A stretch of 56,317 nucleotides of DNA, counting the filler, from Candidatus Desantisbacteria bacterium CG1_02_49_89 (GTDB lineage Bacteria; Desantisbacteria; UBA1551): NCBI GenBank assembly GCA_001871075.1. It is 4 parts of 4 records of this genome, joined end to end, with 100 filler letters (N's around TTAATTAATTAA, not from the genome) between each part and the next. Parts side by side here need not be neighbours in the genome. Positions count along the whole stretch, not along the records: positions 15,013 to 30,912 come from MNUP01000069.1; positions 31,013 to 46,810 come from MNUP01000109.1; 2 more parts are not named here. The stretch is one strand, 5' to 3'. The notes below the pieces were generated by a model. The model worked only from the letters and a program-made list of their open reading frames with translations, had not been told where the DNA came from and did not search any database. Below, piece by piece: positions 28,512 to 37,773 of the stretch. Position 1 is the first letter of the stretch. Every line of letters begins with the position of its first letter. The position numbers were made by a program, and so were the translations under genes.

Positions 28512-30911
28512 TTATTTAATGCGTACTTTGAAGCGGACGCTGCGCGTCTCGCCTGGAACAAGCGTGTTGATGAACCACCGCAGGCCTTTGACATCCGCGC
28601 CAACCGGGCCAGGAACACTTCCCCATGCTTCCCAAACCGCAAGCGCCGGGTCCGTGGAATAAGCCCACGAATCAACGGGATTGCCTGTCAGGACATGGGT
28701 GTTCAGGGAAACAAAAGCAACCGCGGAAAAAACAGACGTATCAAAAACATCCTTGTCGGTTACGATAACATTTATCGCTGTTTCTGTCCCGGCATTCCTT
28801 ATCAATAGCTTCCATTCAACCGTGTCTTCCTGCCCCACGGAGATCGGAGATGTTGTCGCGTAATCCGCGGGATCAACCCCGTCCTTTCTCTGGAATTTCT
28901 GAACAATGATGACCGGCATAGTGATATATTCCAGCTGGTAACCGGTCAGGTCAGAGGACGCAACGTAGATTGCGGATGTTCCTCCTTTTGCATCCTTATA
29001 AAAGAACGTGACCAGCCCGTCTGAAGCGTAGACGACCGTAGTATCGGACCACGGGGTCCTGCTTACGGAGAACCTGGCTTTGACCGAGTTTGAAACAAGT
29101 CCTATCGTATCGCTCCACCCCGCATCCGTGTTCCCGAGCTCGTCCTGCATCACAACCGTCACCGTATCGGAAACCTGCGTCGAAGGCATCCTGAACGAAG
29201 AAGAAGCGAATACAGCGCGCGACGCTGAAACGATCTCAGCCTGGGTATCCGCTGACAAACCCGCCCGTGAAACCGTTATCACCGGCCTGCCTGAAGCGTA
29301 ATCCAGGTAATAGAAAGATGCCTGCCCCTTGCTGAAATAAACGGAAGAATCGGACCCGGGCGCCGACCAGTCAATGCCGTTAGAAGAGAACGAGCCGCTC
29401 TCAGAACTGGTTGAAAGCAGGGCTGCTTCCCCGAACAGGTCATCCGTATTGCCTGCCGCGTCCGAAGCATTTATGGAAACAGCGGCAGAAACCCCTCCAG
29501 ATCTTACCCTGAACGGAGCAGAGGCGAATTTTAATTTTCCGGCGCTGAACCTCATCTGCCCGGCCCTGTTCTCATAATCCGCCTTTACCTCGTCACCCGT
29601 AAGGCTCTTGTTGTATATTTTCACTTCGTCTATAATTCCCTTGAAACACGCGTTGTGCCCGGTGCCGCTCACGTAGAACGTGGCTGAGTTGCCGAAGCTC
29701 TTCATATACGCGGTAGAACCTATAAGGCTGCCGTTCACGTAAAGCCTTATATTGCTGCCGTCGAATGTCCCTGCAAGGTGGTGCCACTGGTTGTTGGTTA
29801 TGGCACCGCCGGAAATTCCCCTCTGCACCCCGTCCAGGTCCAGGCCGAAATAAGCGGTGCTGTTCATTACCATCAGTATGTACGAACCTTCCGCGTCCCA
29901 CCCTTTCTCAATTACCCTGTTGAACTGCTTGGCTGAATCAGTCGGGTAGATCCACACCTCGACCGTTATCGCGTCCGTCAGATACATGCCGGGTGAATGG
30001 GGAACTGTCATGAACGCGTTCTCCCCGTCCATGTCAAGCCCGTACCCGAACCTGCCTGTTGTCCACCCCGCTCCTGAAAGGGTCCCGATATTATTGTTCC
30101 CGGAAAGGTCGGAAGAAGAAGCCCCGGTGCCTTCCTCAAAATTCCAGAACCCGGCAAGCGCGTCCTGATAATAAACCTGCGTTATTGTATCCGGATACCC
30201 GGTTACCGTGAACGCGGGGGTCACGCTGCCCAGCACCGACGAAACAACAACAGCAGTGCATTTCCCGCTGGCGTCAGTTGTCTGGCCGAACGGGTAGGCA
30301 ATGGTATCAAAACCCCGCCCCGTATGCAGGACCGCTTCCATTCCCTGCATGGGGTTGCGCGCCGAATCAGTTACCGAAACGATCATTGTGCAGGGAGTTA
30401 CGCCGTTGGCCGGAACCGTTGAACTGCTTACCGTAATATACGAAGCTGTGCCTGAGAATGAGCCCTGCGCCACTGAAGCCGTCTGGGTCGCCCCCTGCAG
30501 GCCGGCGGATGAAACCGTCAGTGTCGGCGAACCGGGCCTTGAATCCCTGTAGAACACATATGTCTCTCCGTTTTCCATTTTAACGGTGAGCGCCGAGGCC
30601 CAGGTATCCCCTGCCTGCGAAGCGCAAAACTTTCCAAGGCCCGAGGAGGTGGAGAACTGGCAGTAGCCGTTGTAACCCGAAGCTTTTGACCCGTCGCCCC
30701 ACTGCGCCTGCACCGCGATCGAATCCGAAACAAAACCCGGCTGCACGCTCCTCTCCGGGGTGATGAACGCGAGCTTGGAGGCGCCGATGAACCTAACGCT
30801 GGATGCCCCGGAAGCGTAGCGCATCGCGACCTCGTCAGCCGAAAGAGCCCGGTTGTAAATGCGCACGTCATCGATCATGCCGTTGAAGTAGTCGGTCCCG
30901 TATTCGTATCC
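28512..30911 (-). CDS. Large LamG/Ig-like surface protein with DUF11-like C-terminus (5' truncated at contig edge)
   Basis: LamG motifs (WNFEEG.G, WHHLAGTFDG, FKGIIDEVKIYN), Big_1-like VPANG...TDASG; open frame runs to the gap. Confidence 0.88.
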   Translation of the reverse strand, partial: GYEYGTDYFNGMIDDVRIYNRALSADEVAMRYASGASSVRFIGASKLAFITPERSVQPGFVSDSIAVQAQWGDGSKASGYNGYCQFSTSSGLGKFCASQAGDTWASALTVKMENGETYVFYRDSRPGSPTLTVSSAGLQGATQTASVAQGSFSGTASYITVSSSTVPANGVTPCTMIVSVTDSARNPMQGMEAVLHTGRGFDTIAYPFGQTTDASGKCTAVVVSSVLGSVTPAFTVTGYPDTITQVYYQDALAGFWNFEEGTGASSSDLSGNNNIGTLSGAGWTTGRFGYGLDMDGENAFMTVPHSPGMYLTDAITVEVWIYPTDSAKQFNRVIEKGWDAEGSYILMVMNSTAYFGLDLDGVQRGISGGAITNNQWHHLAGTFDGSNIRLYVNGSLIGSTAYMKSFGNSATFYVSGTGHNACFKGIIDEVKIYNKSLTGDEVKADYENRAGQMRFSAGKLKFASAPFRVRSGGVSAAVSINASDAAGNTDDLFGEAALLSTSSESGSFSSNGIDWSAPGSDSSVYFSKGQASFYYLDYASGRPVITVSRAGLSADTQAEIVSASRAVFASSSFRMPSTQVSDTVTVVMQDELGNTDAGWSDTIGLVSNSVKARFSVSRTPWSDTTVVYASDGLVTFFYKDAKGGTSAIYVASSDLTGYQLEYITMPVIIVQKFQRKDGVDPADYATTSPISVGQEDTVEWKLLIRNAGTETAINVIVTDKDVFDTSVFSAVAFVSLNTHVLTGNPVDSWAYSTDPALAVWEAWGSVPGPVGADVKGLRWFINTLVPGETRSVRFKVRIK

Positions 30912-30912
30912 T

Positions 30913-31012
30913 NNNNNNNNNNNNNNNNNNNNNNNNNNNNNNNNNNNNNNNNNNNNTTAATTAATTAANNNNNNNNNNNNNNNNNNNNNNNNNNNNNNNN
31001 NNNNNNNNNNNN
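30913..31012. other. Artificial contig spacer
   Basis: N-run with TTAATTAATTAA. Confidence 0.98.
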
Positions 31013-31076
31013 TGATTACGGTGATTATAATTAAAATTATGGTGATTTAAAAATAATCACTGTAATCATATTTTGA

Positions 31077-31820
31077 TTACATGGCCATTCCGCCGTCTAT
31101 CCTGATGACCTGCCCCGTTATGTAATCCGAATCCCCGCTTGCGAGGAACAGGACAAGCCTTGCGACGTCCTGCGGCATTCCGAGCTTTTTCAGCGGTATC
31201 AGGCCCAGAAGCTCCTGCCTCTGCTTTTCGTCAAGGGCCTGCGTCATCTTCGTGTCAATGAAACCCGGCGCTATCGCGTTCACGTTTATGTTCCACGCGG
31301 AAAGCTCTTTCGCGGATGTTTTTGTGAGCGCTATGACCCCTCCCTTGCTTGCGGCGTAGTTTGCCTGCCCCACGTTCCCTATAATGCCTATTATGGATGC
31401 CATGTTTACGATCTTGCCGCTGTGCTGCTTCATCATGACTTTTGCCGCTGCCTGGGTGCAGTTAAAAACACCTTTCAGGTTTATCGCCAGCACCTTGTCC
31501 CACGCATCCTCTTTCATGCGGACAAGCAGGGCATCCCGCGTGATCCCCGCGTTATTGACAAGTATGTCTATCCTCCCGTATTTATCAGTGACCTCTTTCG
31601 CCATCCTTTCGGCATCCGCGGCGCTGGAAACGTCGATCTGCATCGCCATCGAATCCCTGCCTGTTCCGGAGCGCAGTTCCTTCGCGGTATTTTCAGCCTC
31701 GTTTATGTCCACGTCGACAACAACGGGGTTCGCGCCTTCTCCGGCCAGCATCTCCGCTATTGCTCTTCCAATGCCCCTTGCCCCGCCGGTAATGATCGCT
31801 ACTTTATTCTCGAGTTTCAT
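31077..31820 (-). CDS. fabG: 3-oxoacyl-ACP reductase
   Basis: TGGARGIG, NNAGITRD, GNVGQANYAASK, APGFI; adjacent to fabD. Confidence 0.96.
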   Translation of the reverse strand: MKLENKVAIITGGARGIGRAIAEMLAGEGANPVVVDVDINEAENTAKELRSGTGRDSMAMQIDVSSAADAERMAKEVTDKYGRIDILVNNAGITRDALLVRMKEDAWDKVLAINLKGVFNCTQAAAKVMMKQHSGKIVNMASIIGIIGNVGQANYAASKGGVIALTKTSAKELSAWNINVNAIAPGFIDTKMTQALDEKQRQELLGLIPLKKLGMPQDVARLVLFLASGDSDYITGQVIRIDGGMAM

Positions 31821-31909
31821 ATTTTCTCCTGAAGATGATTACGGTGATTATTAACTGATGATTACGGTGATTATTTAATCGTGCGTAATCGTGTGGTTAT
31901 TTCCTGTCG

Positions 31910-32833
31910 TTAAGCGGTAACCAGTTTTTCTAAAGATTCAATGTCTTCCACGTTGAGGACCTGCTTTGTCCTGTCGAAACGCCCCCAAAGGCCTGAAAGC
32001 ACCTTTCCCGGCCCGACCTCAACGATCCTGTCTATCCCGCTGTCCAGCATCCGCTGCATTATATCCGTCCACCTGACCGGATTATTTACCTGCCTGACAA
32101 GGAACTCTTTTATATTCGCGGGGTCTTTTTCGAAATCTCCCGAATAATTCGAAAGGAAAGAAACATTGGGGATCTTTATGCTCACGGGCTCCAGCTCAGC
32201 TGCCAGCCTTCCGGAAGCCTCATCCATTAACCTTGAATGGAATCCGCCGCTGACCTGAAGCGGAACACACATCCTCGCACCCTTCTCTCCTGCGAGTCTC
32301 AACGCCTCTTCAAGCGCAGTGAGTTCCCCGGATATTACTATCTGACCGGGGCAGTTGTAATTCGCAACGTCAATTATACCTTTGTTAGAAACCTGTTTCA
32401 GGACCTCTTCAACCGCCGCCTTCTCAAGCCCGATCACCGCGGTCATTCCGGAACGGGCCTTCTGGCCCGCATCTTCCATGAAAAGCGCCCGTTTCTGGAC
32501 GATCCCCAGCGCCGCGTCAAAATCCAGGGAGCCTGCCGCCACCAGGGCCGAATACTCGCCGAGGCTGTGACCGGCGCACACCTGGGGTAGGAACCCCTTT
32601 TCCTCCAGCACCCTGAAAATAGCGGTCTCAACCGTGAGTAACGCGACCTGCGTAATGCTTGTTTTCTTTAGCTCTTCCCCGGTTCCTTCGAATATCGTTT
32701 TTGAAAGCGGGAACCCCAGGACCTTATCCGCCCTGTCAAAAACCTTTCTGGCAGCCGCGTACGACCCGGAAAGATCCTTTCCCATGCCCGGCTTCTGCGA
32801 GCCCTGCCCGGGAAAAACAAAAGCAGTTTTCAT
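31910..32833 (-). CDS. fabD: Malonyl CoA-ACP transacylase
   Basis: FPGQGSQ, GHSLGEY, ANYNCPGQ, VSGGFHS, EVGPGKVL; ATG overlaps the plsX stop. Confidence 0.96.
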   Translation of the reverse strand: MKTAFVFPGQGSQKPGMGKDLSGSYAAARKVFDRADKVLGFPLSKTIFEGTGEELKKTSITQVALLTVETAIFRVLEEKGFLPQVCAGHSLGEYSALVAAGSLDFDAALGIVQKRALFMEDAGQKARSGMTAVIGLEKAAVEEVLKQVSNKGIIDVANYNCPGQIVISGELTALEEALRLAGEKGARMCVPLQVSGGFHSRLMDEASGRLAAELEPVSIKIPNVSFLSNYSGDFEKDPANIKEFLVRQVNNPVRWTDIMQRMLDSGIDRIVEVGPGKVLSGLWGRFDRTKQVLNVEDIESLEKLVTA

Positions 32834-33852
32834 GTTCGGCTCTCTTTGCCAGGCCCCAGGACTTCCCTTTTGAAATATTCTATCGTATTGCGGTTCAGGC
32901 TGTGCGACACCGATTCCGACGCGACCCTTATCGCGTTCTTTATCGCCTTGGGAGACGACCTTCCGTGGCCGATGACACATACGCCGTTCACTCCCAGAAG
33001 CGGCATCCCGCCGTATTCGGCGTAATCCACCCTTTTCCTGAAATTCTCAAAAGCTTCCTGGAAGACCGAAGGCACTATTCTCTGCCGCACAAATTCCCGC
33101 CTTACCAGCAGTTCCGCGGCCCTGAAAAGGTTCTCGGCGAATTTTAAGACTATGTTGCCCACAAACCCGTCGCAGACAAGAACATCGACCTTGTTGCCCA
33201 CTATGTCATTTCCCTCTATGTTGCCGATGAAATTCAACTTGCTCTGCTGTATCAGTTCGTGGGCCGCGACGGTCAGCTCATTTCCTTTTGTTGGTTCCGA
33301 GCCGACGCTGAGCAACCCTACGCGCGGCTTTTTGTATCCGTAAACGTATTCCATTAAAACACTGCCCATCATGGCGAACTGCAGGAGGTTTTTAGGTTTG
33401 CAGTCTACAGTGGCGCCTCCGTCAACAAGGAGGAAGAAACCCTTTAGTGTGGGAAGCATGACCCCTATCGCCGGCCTGTCTATCCCCTCAAGCTTTCCCA
33501 GCGTGAAAAGCGATGACACGACAACAGCGCCGGTGTTGCCGGCAGAAAAGAAAGCGTCCGCCCTGCCTTCTTTCACAAGGCGCGCGCATACCATAATGGA
33601 GGATTCCGGCTTCTCCTTGCATGATGCCACAGGATGCTCTTCCATGCCGATAACCTGCGGCGAAGCAACAACAGTAAGCCTGGAGGCATCAAATTTATAT
33701 TTTGACAACTCGGAGTTAATCATGCTTACGGTGCCTACGAGCAGAATGTGCAGGTTTTCCTGCTGCAGCGCCTGGACAGACCCCTCAACAACCACGCGCG
33801 GGGCGTCGTCCCCTCCCATAGCATCAACAGCTACACGGATTATGTTCCCCAT
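32830..33852 (-). CDS. plsX: Phosphate acyltransferase PlsX
   Basis: VDAMGGD, SAGNTGA, DRPAI, GNIEG, VCDGFVGN, HGRS. Confidence 0.96.
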   Translation of the reverse strand: MGNIIRVAVDAMGGDDAPRVVVEGSVQALQQENLHILLVGTVSMINSELSKYKFDASRLTVVASPQVIGMEEHPVASCKEKPESSIMVCARLVKEGRADAFFSAGNTGAVVVSSLFTLGKLEGIDRPAIGVMLPTLKGFFLLVDGGATVDCKPKNLLQFAMMGSVLMEYVYGYKKPRVGLLSVGSEPTKGNELTVAAHELIQQSKLNFIGNIEGNDIVGNKVDVLVCDGFVGNIVLKFAENLFRAAELLVRREFVRQRIVPSVFQEAFENFRKRVDYAEYGGMPLLGVNGVCVIGHGRSSPKAIKNAIRVASESVSHSLNRNTIEYFKREVLGPGKESRT

Positions 33853-33863
33853 ATTCTATCAGC

Positions 33864-34079
33864 CTATTTTTTTTCCTCTTTCTTTTTCTTTTTTTCTTCT
33901 TCTGATTTCATCACCTTGCGCCCCTTGTAATATCCGCACTTGGGGCACGCGTTATAAGAAAGCTTGGGCTGATGGCACTGCGGGCACAAGCCAAGCGTAG
34001 GCGACACAGCTTTCCAGTGGCTCGCTCTCATATCGCGCTTTGATTTTGAAGTCCTGCGTTTCGGAACCGGAACCGGCAT
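33864..34079 (-). CDS. rpmF: 50S ribosomal protein L32
   Basis: VPKRRTSKSKRDMR, CPQC..CPKCGYYKG; AGGAGG RBS. Confidence 0.95.
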   Translation of the reverse strand: MPVPVPKRRTSKSKRDMRASHWKAVSPTLGLCPQCHQPKLSYNACPKCGYYKGRKVMKSEEEKKKKKEEKK

Positions 34080-34209
34080 ATTTCCTCCTTGAATGATGAT
34101 TACGGTGATTTCTAAATGATGATTACGGTGATTATTTTTAGTATCAAGAGTCAAGCAGAAAATTAAACTGTGCTAATCTGCGTTAATCTGCGTCTGATTT
34201 TTACGTGTT

Positions 34210-35439
34210 TTAACGGAGTTCTTTAACGTTATCCTTGATCTTCCGGACCGCGGTAACAATGTCCTTCATGTCTGACTTCGTTCCCAGAAGGACGGATTGA
34301 AAGATCCATGCCGCATCTCCGCAGATCTTTTCCGTATTTGGGCAGAAAACCGAGCTGTAATCTGTTTTCCCGCCGTAATAAGGGCAGGATAACGGGCAGT
34401 ATCTGGGTCCTTTGCCTTTGCGCTGGAAAAGGGGATTTTTATACAGCGGAAAAGGATAACCCTGGCTTCCCGGAACGCCCTCGGCGCTGAGCGCTTCCAG
34501 AAATTTTTCCCTTGTTACCCCGAATTCTTTCGGTTCGATCCTGAATATATAAAGATGGTACGAACGCCTTGTGACCCTTCGATCATTCCTCATAAGCTTT
34601 ATTCCGGGTATGCCCTTTAAGCCTTTGTCCAGAATTGCCGCGTTCTCTTCCCTCTTCTCGGTCTGGGCTTTCAGCCTGGTAAGCTGCGCCAGGAGTATCG
34701 CTGCCTGCAGTTCCGTCATGCGGTAGTTGCCCGCAAGTATATAGTGCTCGTACCACGGCTTGTCTTTGCCCCTTCCAACGTTTGTGTAAGAGCGCGCTGC
34801 ATCGGCTATTTCCCGGCTGTCAGTCAGGATTATTCCGCCTTCGCCTGACGTAATGTTCTTGCTCATCTGGAAACTGAAAACGCCGGCGTCGCCAAGCGCC
34901 CCTGTGCCCTTGCCCCTCCACCTGGAACCCCATGAATGGCAGGCGTCTTCGATGATCCTGAGGCGGTGCTTCTTCGCTATCCTGCCTATCGCATCCATAT
35001 CCGAAGGCAGTCCCGCGAAATGAACCGGTATCACTGCCTTTGTCCTTCTGGTTATCTTGGCTTCTATGTCGCGGGGGTCTATATTGCACGTGTCGGGCTC
35101 GATGTCCGCAAACACAGGGATCGCGTTTACCTTAAGCACCGCCGTGGAAGTAGCAACAAAAGTATAAGCGGGCACTATGACTTCGTCTCCCGCTCCTACC
35201 CCGCAGGAAATAAGCGATATCTCAAGCCCTGCTGTTCCGTTGGTGCAGGTAATACCGTATTTCGCGTCCTGAAATCCGGCGTATTTTTCCTCGAATTCCC
35301 TTACCTTCTCCCCGTACCACCACCTGCCGCTCTCGAACACTTTCAGCAGCATGCGCTTCTCAGGTTCTCCTGTTACGGGCCATGAAGGAAATCCTTTTGT
35401 CCTTACGGGCTTCCCGCCCTTTAAAGCAAGCTTTGCCAT
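34210..35439 (-). CDS. DegT/DnrJ/EryC1/StrS PLP aminotransferase
   Basis: NGTA, PAYTFVAT, PVHFAG, IIEDACH, FSFQMSKNITSGEGG, NYRMTELQAA. Confidence 0.93.
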   Translation of the reverse strand: MAKLALKGGKPVRTKGFPSWPVTGEPEKRMLLKVFESGRWWYGEKVREFEEKYAGFQDAKYGITCTNGTAGLEISLISCGVGAGDEVIVPAYTFVATSTAVLKVNAIPVFADIEPDTCNIDPRDIEAKITRRTKAVIPVHFAGLPSDMDAIGRIAKKHRLRIIEDACHSWGSRWRGKGTGALGDAGVFSFQMSKNITSGEGGIILTDSREIADAARSYTNVGRGKDKPWYEHYILAGNYRMTELQAAILLAQLTRLKAQTEKREENAAILDKGLKGIPGIKLMRNDRRVTRRSYHLYIFRIEPKEFGVTREKFLEALSAEGVPGSQGYPFPLYKNPLFQRKGKGPRYCPLSCPYYGGKTDYSSVFCPNTEKICGDAAWIFQSVLLGTKSDMKDIVTAVRKIKDNVKELR

Positions 35440-35452
35440 TGACACCTTCAAA

Positions 35453-35571
35453 GCGTGTCAGAGTATCAGCGTATCAGCGTGTCAAAGTAAAAACAAGGAA
35501 TTTATTTTCAAAAATTTATCTAATAATTTTAACTTGTTTTTTTACTCTGATACGTTGACACGTTGACACGT
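35453..35571. repeat. Octamer-array inverted pair (CGTGTCAG/CGTATCAG ... CTGATACG/TTGACACG) with inner AGTAAAAAC/GTTTTTTACT arms
   Basis: Visible MITE-like hairpin. Confidence 0.8.
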
Positions 35572-36041
35572 TATTTTGTGGGGCAGGAGCATTCCTCTTT
35601 ATTCAGGTTTGCCCCGCACCGGGAACAAAGGCCCTTACAATCGTCCCTGCATATATGTTTCATGGACATCCCCAGCAGAAGCTGCTGCCTTATAAGGTCT
35701 GTCAGGTCGATTATCCCGCTTGCAGGCAGAATGTCCTCATCAAGCTCGCCCGGCTCCAGCTCTGCTGCCGCATCCCTGCGGGATCTGCGGCCGCAGTACC
35801 TGGCCGAAAAAACCCGCCTTACCTTTAAAACATAGTTCTCAAGGCACCTCGTGCAGGAAAGCCTTATTTCAACCGCAACATCGCAGTCCAGCCCGATCGT
35901 GCCGTCGCTGTAACTCAAAGAGCATTTCACCCTGGCTGGTTTTTCCAGTTCGATCTCAGGCGCAAAAGCCTGAGTGTCTTCTTCATAATCAAGTTCTTTT
36001 GAAATTACATTTTTTTCAAGATCGCTTATGCTTATCTTCAT
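35571..36041 (-). CDS. yceD: YceD/DUF177 family protein
   Basis: CTRCL, IDL..LIRQ, C..DCKGLC.RCG.NLN...C.C. Confidence 0.92.
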   Translation of the reverse strand: MKISISDLEKNVISKELDYEEDTQAFAPEIELEKPARVKCSLSYSDGTIGLDCDVAVEIRLSCTRCLENYVLKVRRVFSARYCGRRSRRDAAAELEPGELDEDILPASGIIDLTDLIRQQLLLGMSMKHICRDDCKGLCSRCGANLNKEECSCPTK

Positions 36042-36081
36042 CTGGGCGCTCCCGGAAAGAAATTACGGCGCGAAGCGTGTC

Positions 36082-36390
36082 TTACTTTACGGGTTGCGCC
36101 TCCGGGGGAGCTGCCAGGTCCTGAAGTCCTGATATGGCGCCGCGGAGAACCATAAGAGTCGCCCTGTCGTCTATCCTGAGTATGACCTTATCTCCCTTGA
36201 AATCAAGAACGGTTCCGCATATGCCGCCGCTTGTTACCACGTTATCGCCCTTTTTGATCTCAGACCTCATCTTTTCCATTGCCTTTTCTTTCTTCATCTG
36301 CGGGCGTATGAGGATGAAGTAAAAAATTACGATGATCAGGATAAAAGGCATCAAACCCGTAAGTCCCATCAACGCGCTGTTTCCCTGCAT
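36082..36390 (-). CDS. yajC: Preprotein translocase subunit YajC
   Basis: FYFILIRPQ.KK.K, KKGD.VVT.GGI.G.V. Confidence 0.95.
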   Translation of the reverse strand: MQGNSALMGLTGLMPFILIIVIFYFILIRPQMKKEKAMEKMRSEIKKGDNVVTSGGICGTVLDFKGDKVILRIDDRATLMVLRGAISGLQDLAAPPEAQPVK

Positions 36391-36499
36391 GGTTCCCTCC
36401 TGTAATAAAAGTGTCAACGTGTCAAAGTATCAACGTGTCAAAGTTTAAAGCAGTAACTCTGATACTCTGATACTCTGATACTGTGATACTGTATTCAAA

Positions 36500-37034
36500 A
36501 ACGGGGGAGGTCATAAGCCGGGTCCTGTCCTCTTAAAACAGTGAGTAGTGATGAGTGAAGAGCGAAAAGTCAAAGACTTCCCACTTTTCACTTTACACTT
36601 TACACTGTATCTTGAGGTGCGATCATTTATCTACGCGACCTACCCGGAACCCTGCGATAAGCAGATGGCGAGCGGCCTTAAGTTCCTTTTTTGGTCTTGC
36701 TCCGGATGGGGTTTGCCGTGCCTCCGATGTTGCCATCGGAGCGGTAGGCTCTTAACCTCCGCCCCGACTTTCGTCGGGGCGAGACCTCGCCTCGCTTGCC
36801 CTGCCTTATCGGCAAGGATGGCGGGCGGGTGCCTTTTCACCCTTACCGGAAAAAGGAAGCGGAAAATTGGGACTGTCCCTTTTTTTCCGCCGTTTTTTCC
36901 GGCGGTATTTTTTCTGTGGCACTTTCCATTCCCGGCGTTCTGCCGGGATCCCTGATTGTTCAGGGCACCCTGCTCTTTGGAGCCCGGACTTTCCTCCCCG
37001 ATGTTACATCGGAGCGACCGCAACCTCCCCCGTT
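36500..37034 (-). ncRNA. rnpB: RNase P RNA, type A-like, enlarged to about 535 nt
   Basis: GAGGAAAGTCCGGGCTCC, GGAAAGTGCCACAGAAA, GGTAAGGGTGAAA, GGCAAACCCC..GGAGCAA, AGATAAATGA, ACAGGACCCGGCTTA; P1 GGGGGAGGT/ACCTCCCCC. Confidence 0.96.
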
Positions 37035-37039
37035 TAACA

Positions 37040-37325
37040 CTCTATTGCTCTATTGCTCTATTGTTCATTAGTATAAGGAATCAGGGCTCCCACCTTAAGG
37101 ATTTGCACCTTAGATATTGGCGCATCCGCCAATTCTTAAGGCGGAGGCGGGTCTTCGAGAAGCCCTGAGTTATCCGCCCCGATGTCCATCGGGGCGAGAC
37201 CTCGCCCCAAAGGGGCGGGCAATAAATTCCTTGTTGTTGCGTTGACACTTTGATGCGTTGTCCGATGACTCCGAAAGGACGTCGCATACGGACTCTTCGG
37301 AGACACTTTGACACGCAGTTTGCGT
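37040..37325. repeat. Intergenic mosaic: CTATTGCT octamers, mini-elements at 37173-37219 and 37261-37301, TGACAC octamers
   Basis: Components match 26131-26177, 24244-24284 (inverted) and 28450-28506. Confidence 0.8.
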
Positions 37326-37332
37326 CAGGTAG

Positions 37333-37755
37333 TTACTTTGAATCTTTCTCTGCATTCTGCGGCCAGAGGGCCTGGTCCGCAAGGTTATCCGCGTATTTGT
37401 TATTTTCCCTGTCGATATGACGCACCCTTATATCATTGAAGTTATGCATAAGGCCTTTTGCTTTAAGGAAAAGGTTTCTCAGGTTTTCGTCTTTTACTTT
37501 ATAAAATCCGTTTATCTGGCGGGCGAGGAGCTCGCTGTCCGTGTTGACATAAAGCACTTCGCATTTCAGTTCCACTGCTTTTTCAAGCGCGTGTATAAGG
37601 GCTTCATATTCGGCAATATTGTTTGTTGCTTCACCGATCGGCTTGCCTGTTTCGTATACTATTGCACCCGTTTCGTCGTAGATCACAACGCCTATGCCGG
37701 CCGGGCCGGGATTCCCCTTACAGGCCCCATCAATGTTAGCAGTCATTTTTTTCAT
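37333..37755 (-). CDS. rnhA: Ribonuclease HI family protein
   Basis: DGACKGNPGPAG, TNNIAEY.AL, DSEL, H..RE.N..AD.LA. Confidence 0.93.
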   Translation of the reverse strand: MKKMTANIDGACKGNPGPAGIGVVIYDETGAIVYETGKPIGEATNNIAEYEALIHALEKAVELKCEVLYVNTDSELLARQINGFYKVKDENLRNLFLKAKGLMHNFNDIRVRHIDRENNKYADNLADQALWPQNAEKDSK

Positions 37756-37773
37756 ATTTTTAATTTAGAATTT

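Noticed and set aside
4405-34154. Extended N-termini in the ORF track for rpoN, lgt, iscS, iscU, pfkB, fabD and rpmF
   Set aside because: Extensions run through repeat arrays or the upstream gene; downstream ATGs match family starts and usually an RBS
36548-37382. ORFs of 66-135 aa on both strands
   Set aside because: They overlap rnpB and repeat mosaics, and their translations are repeat-derived
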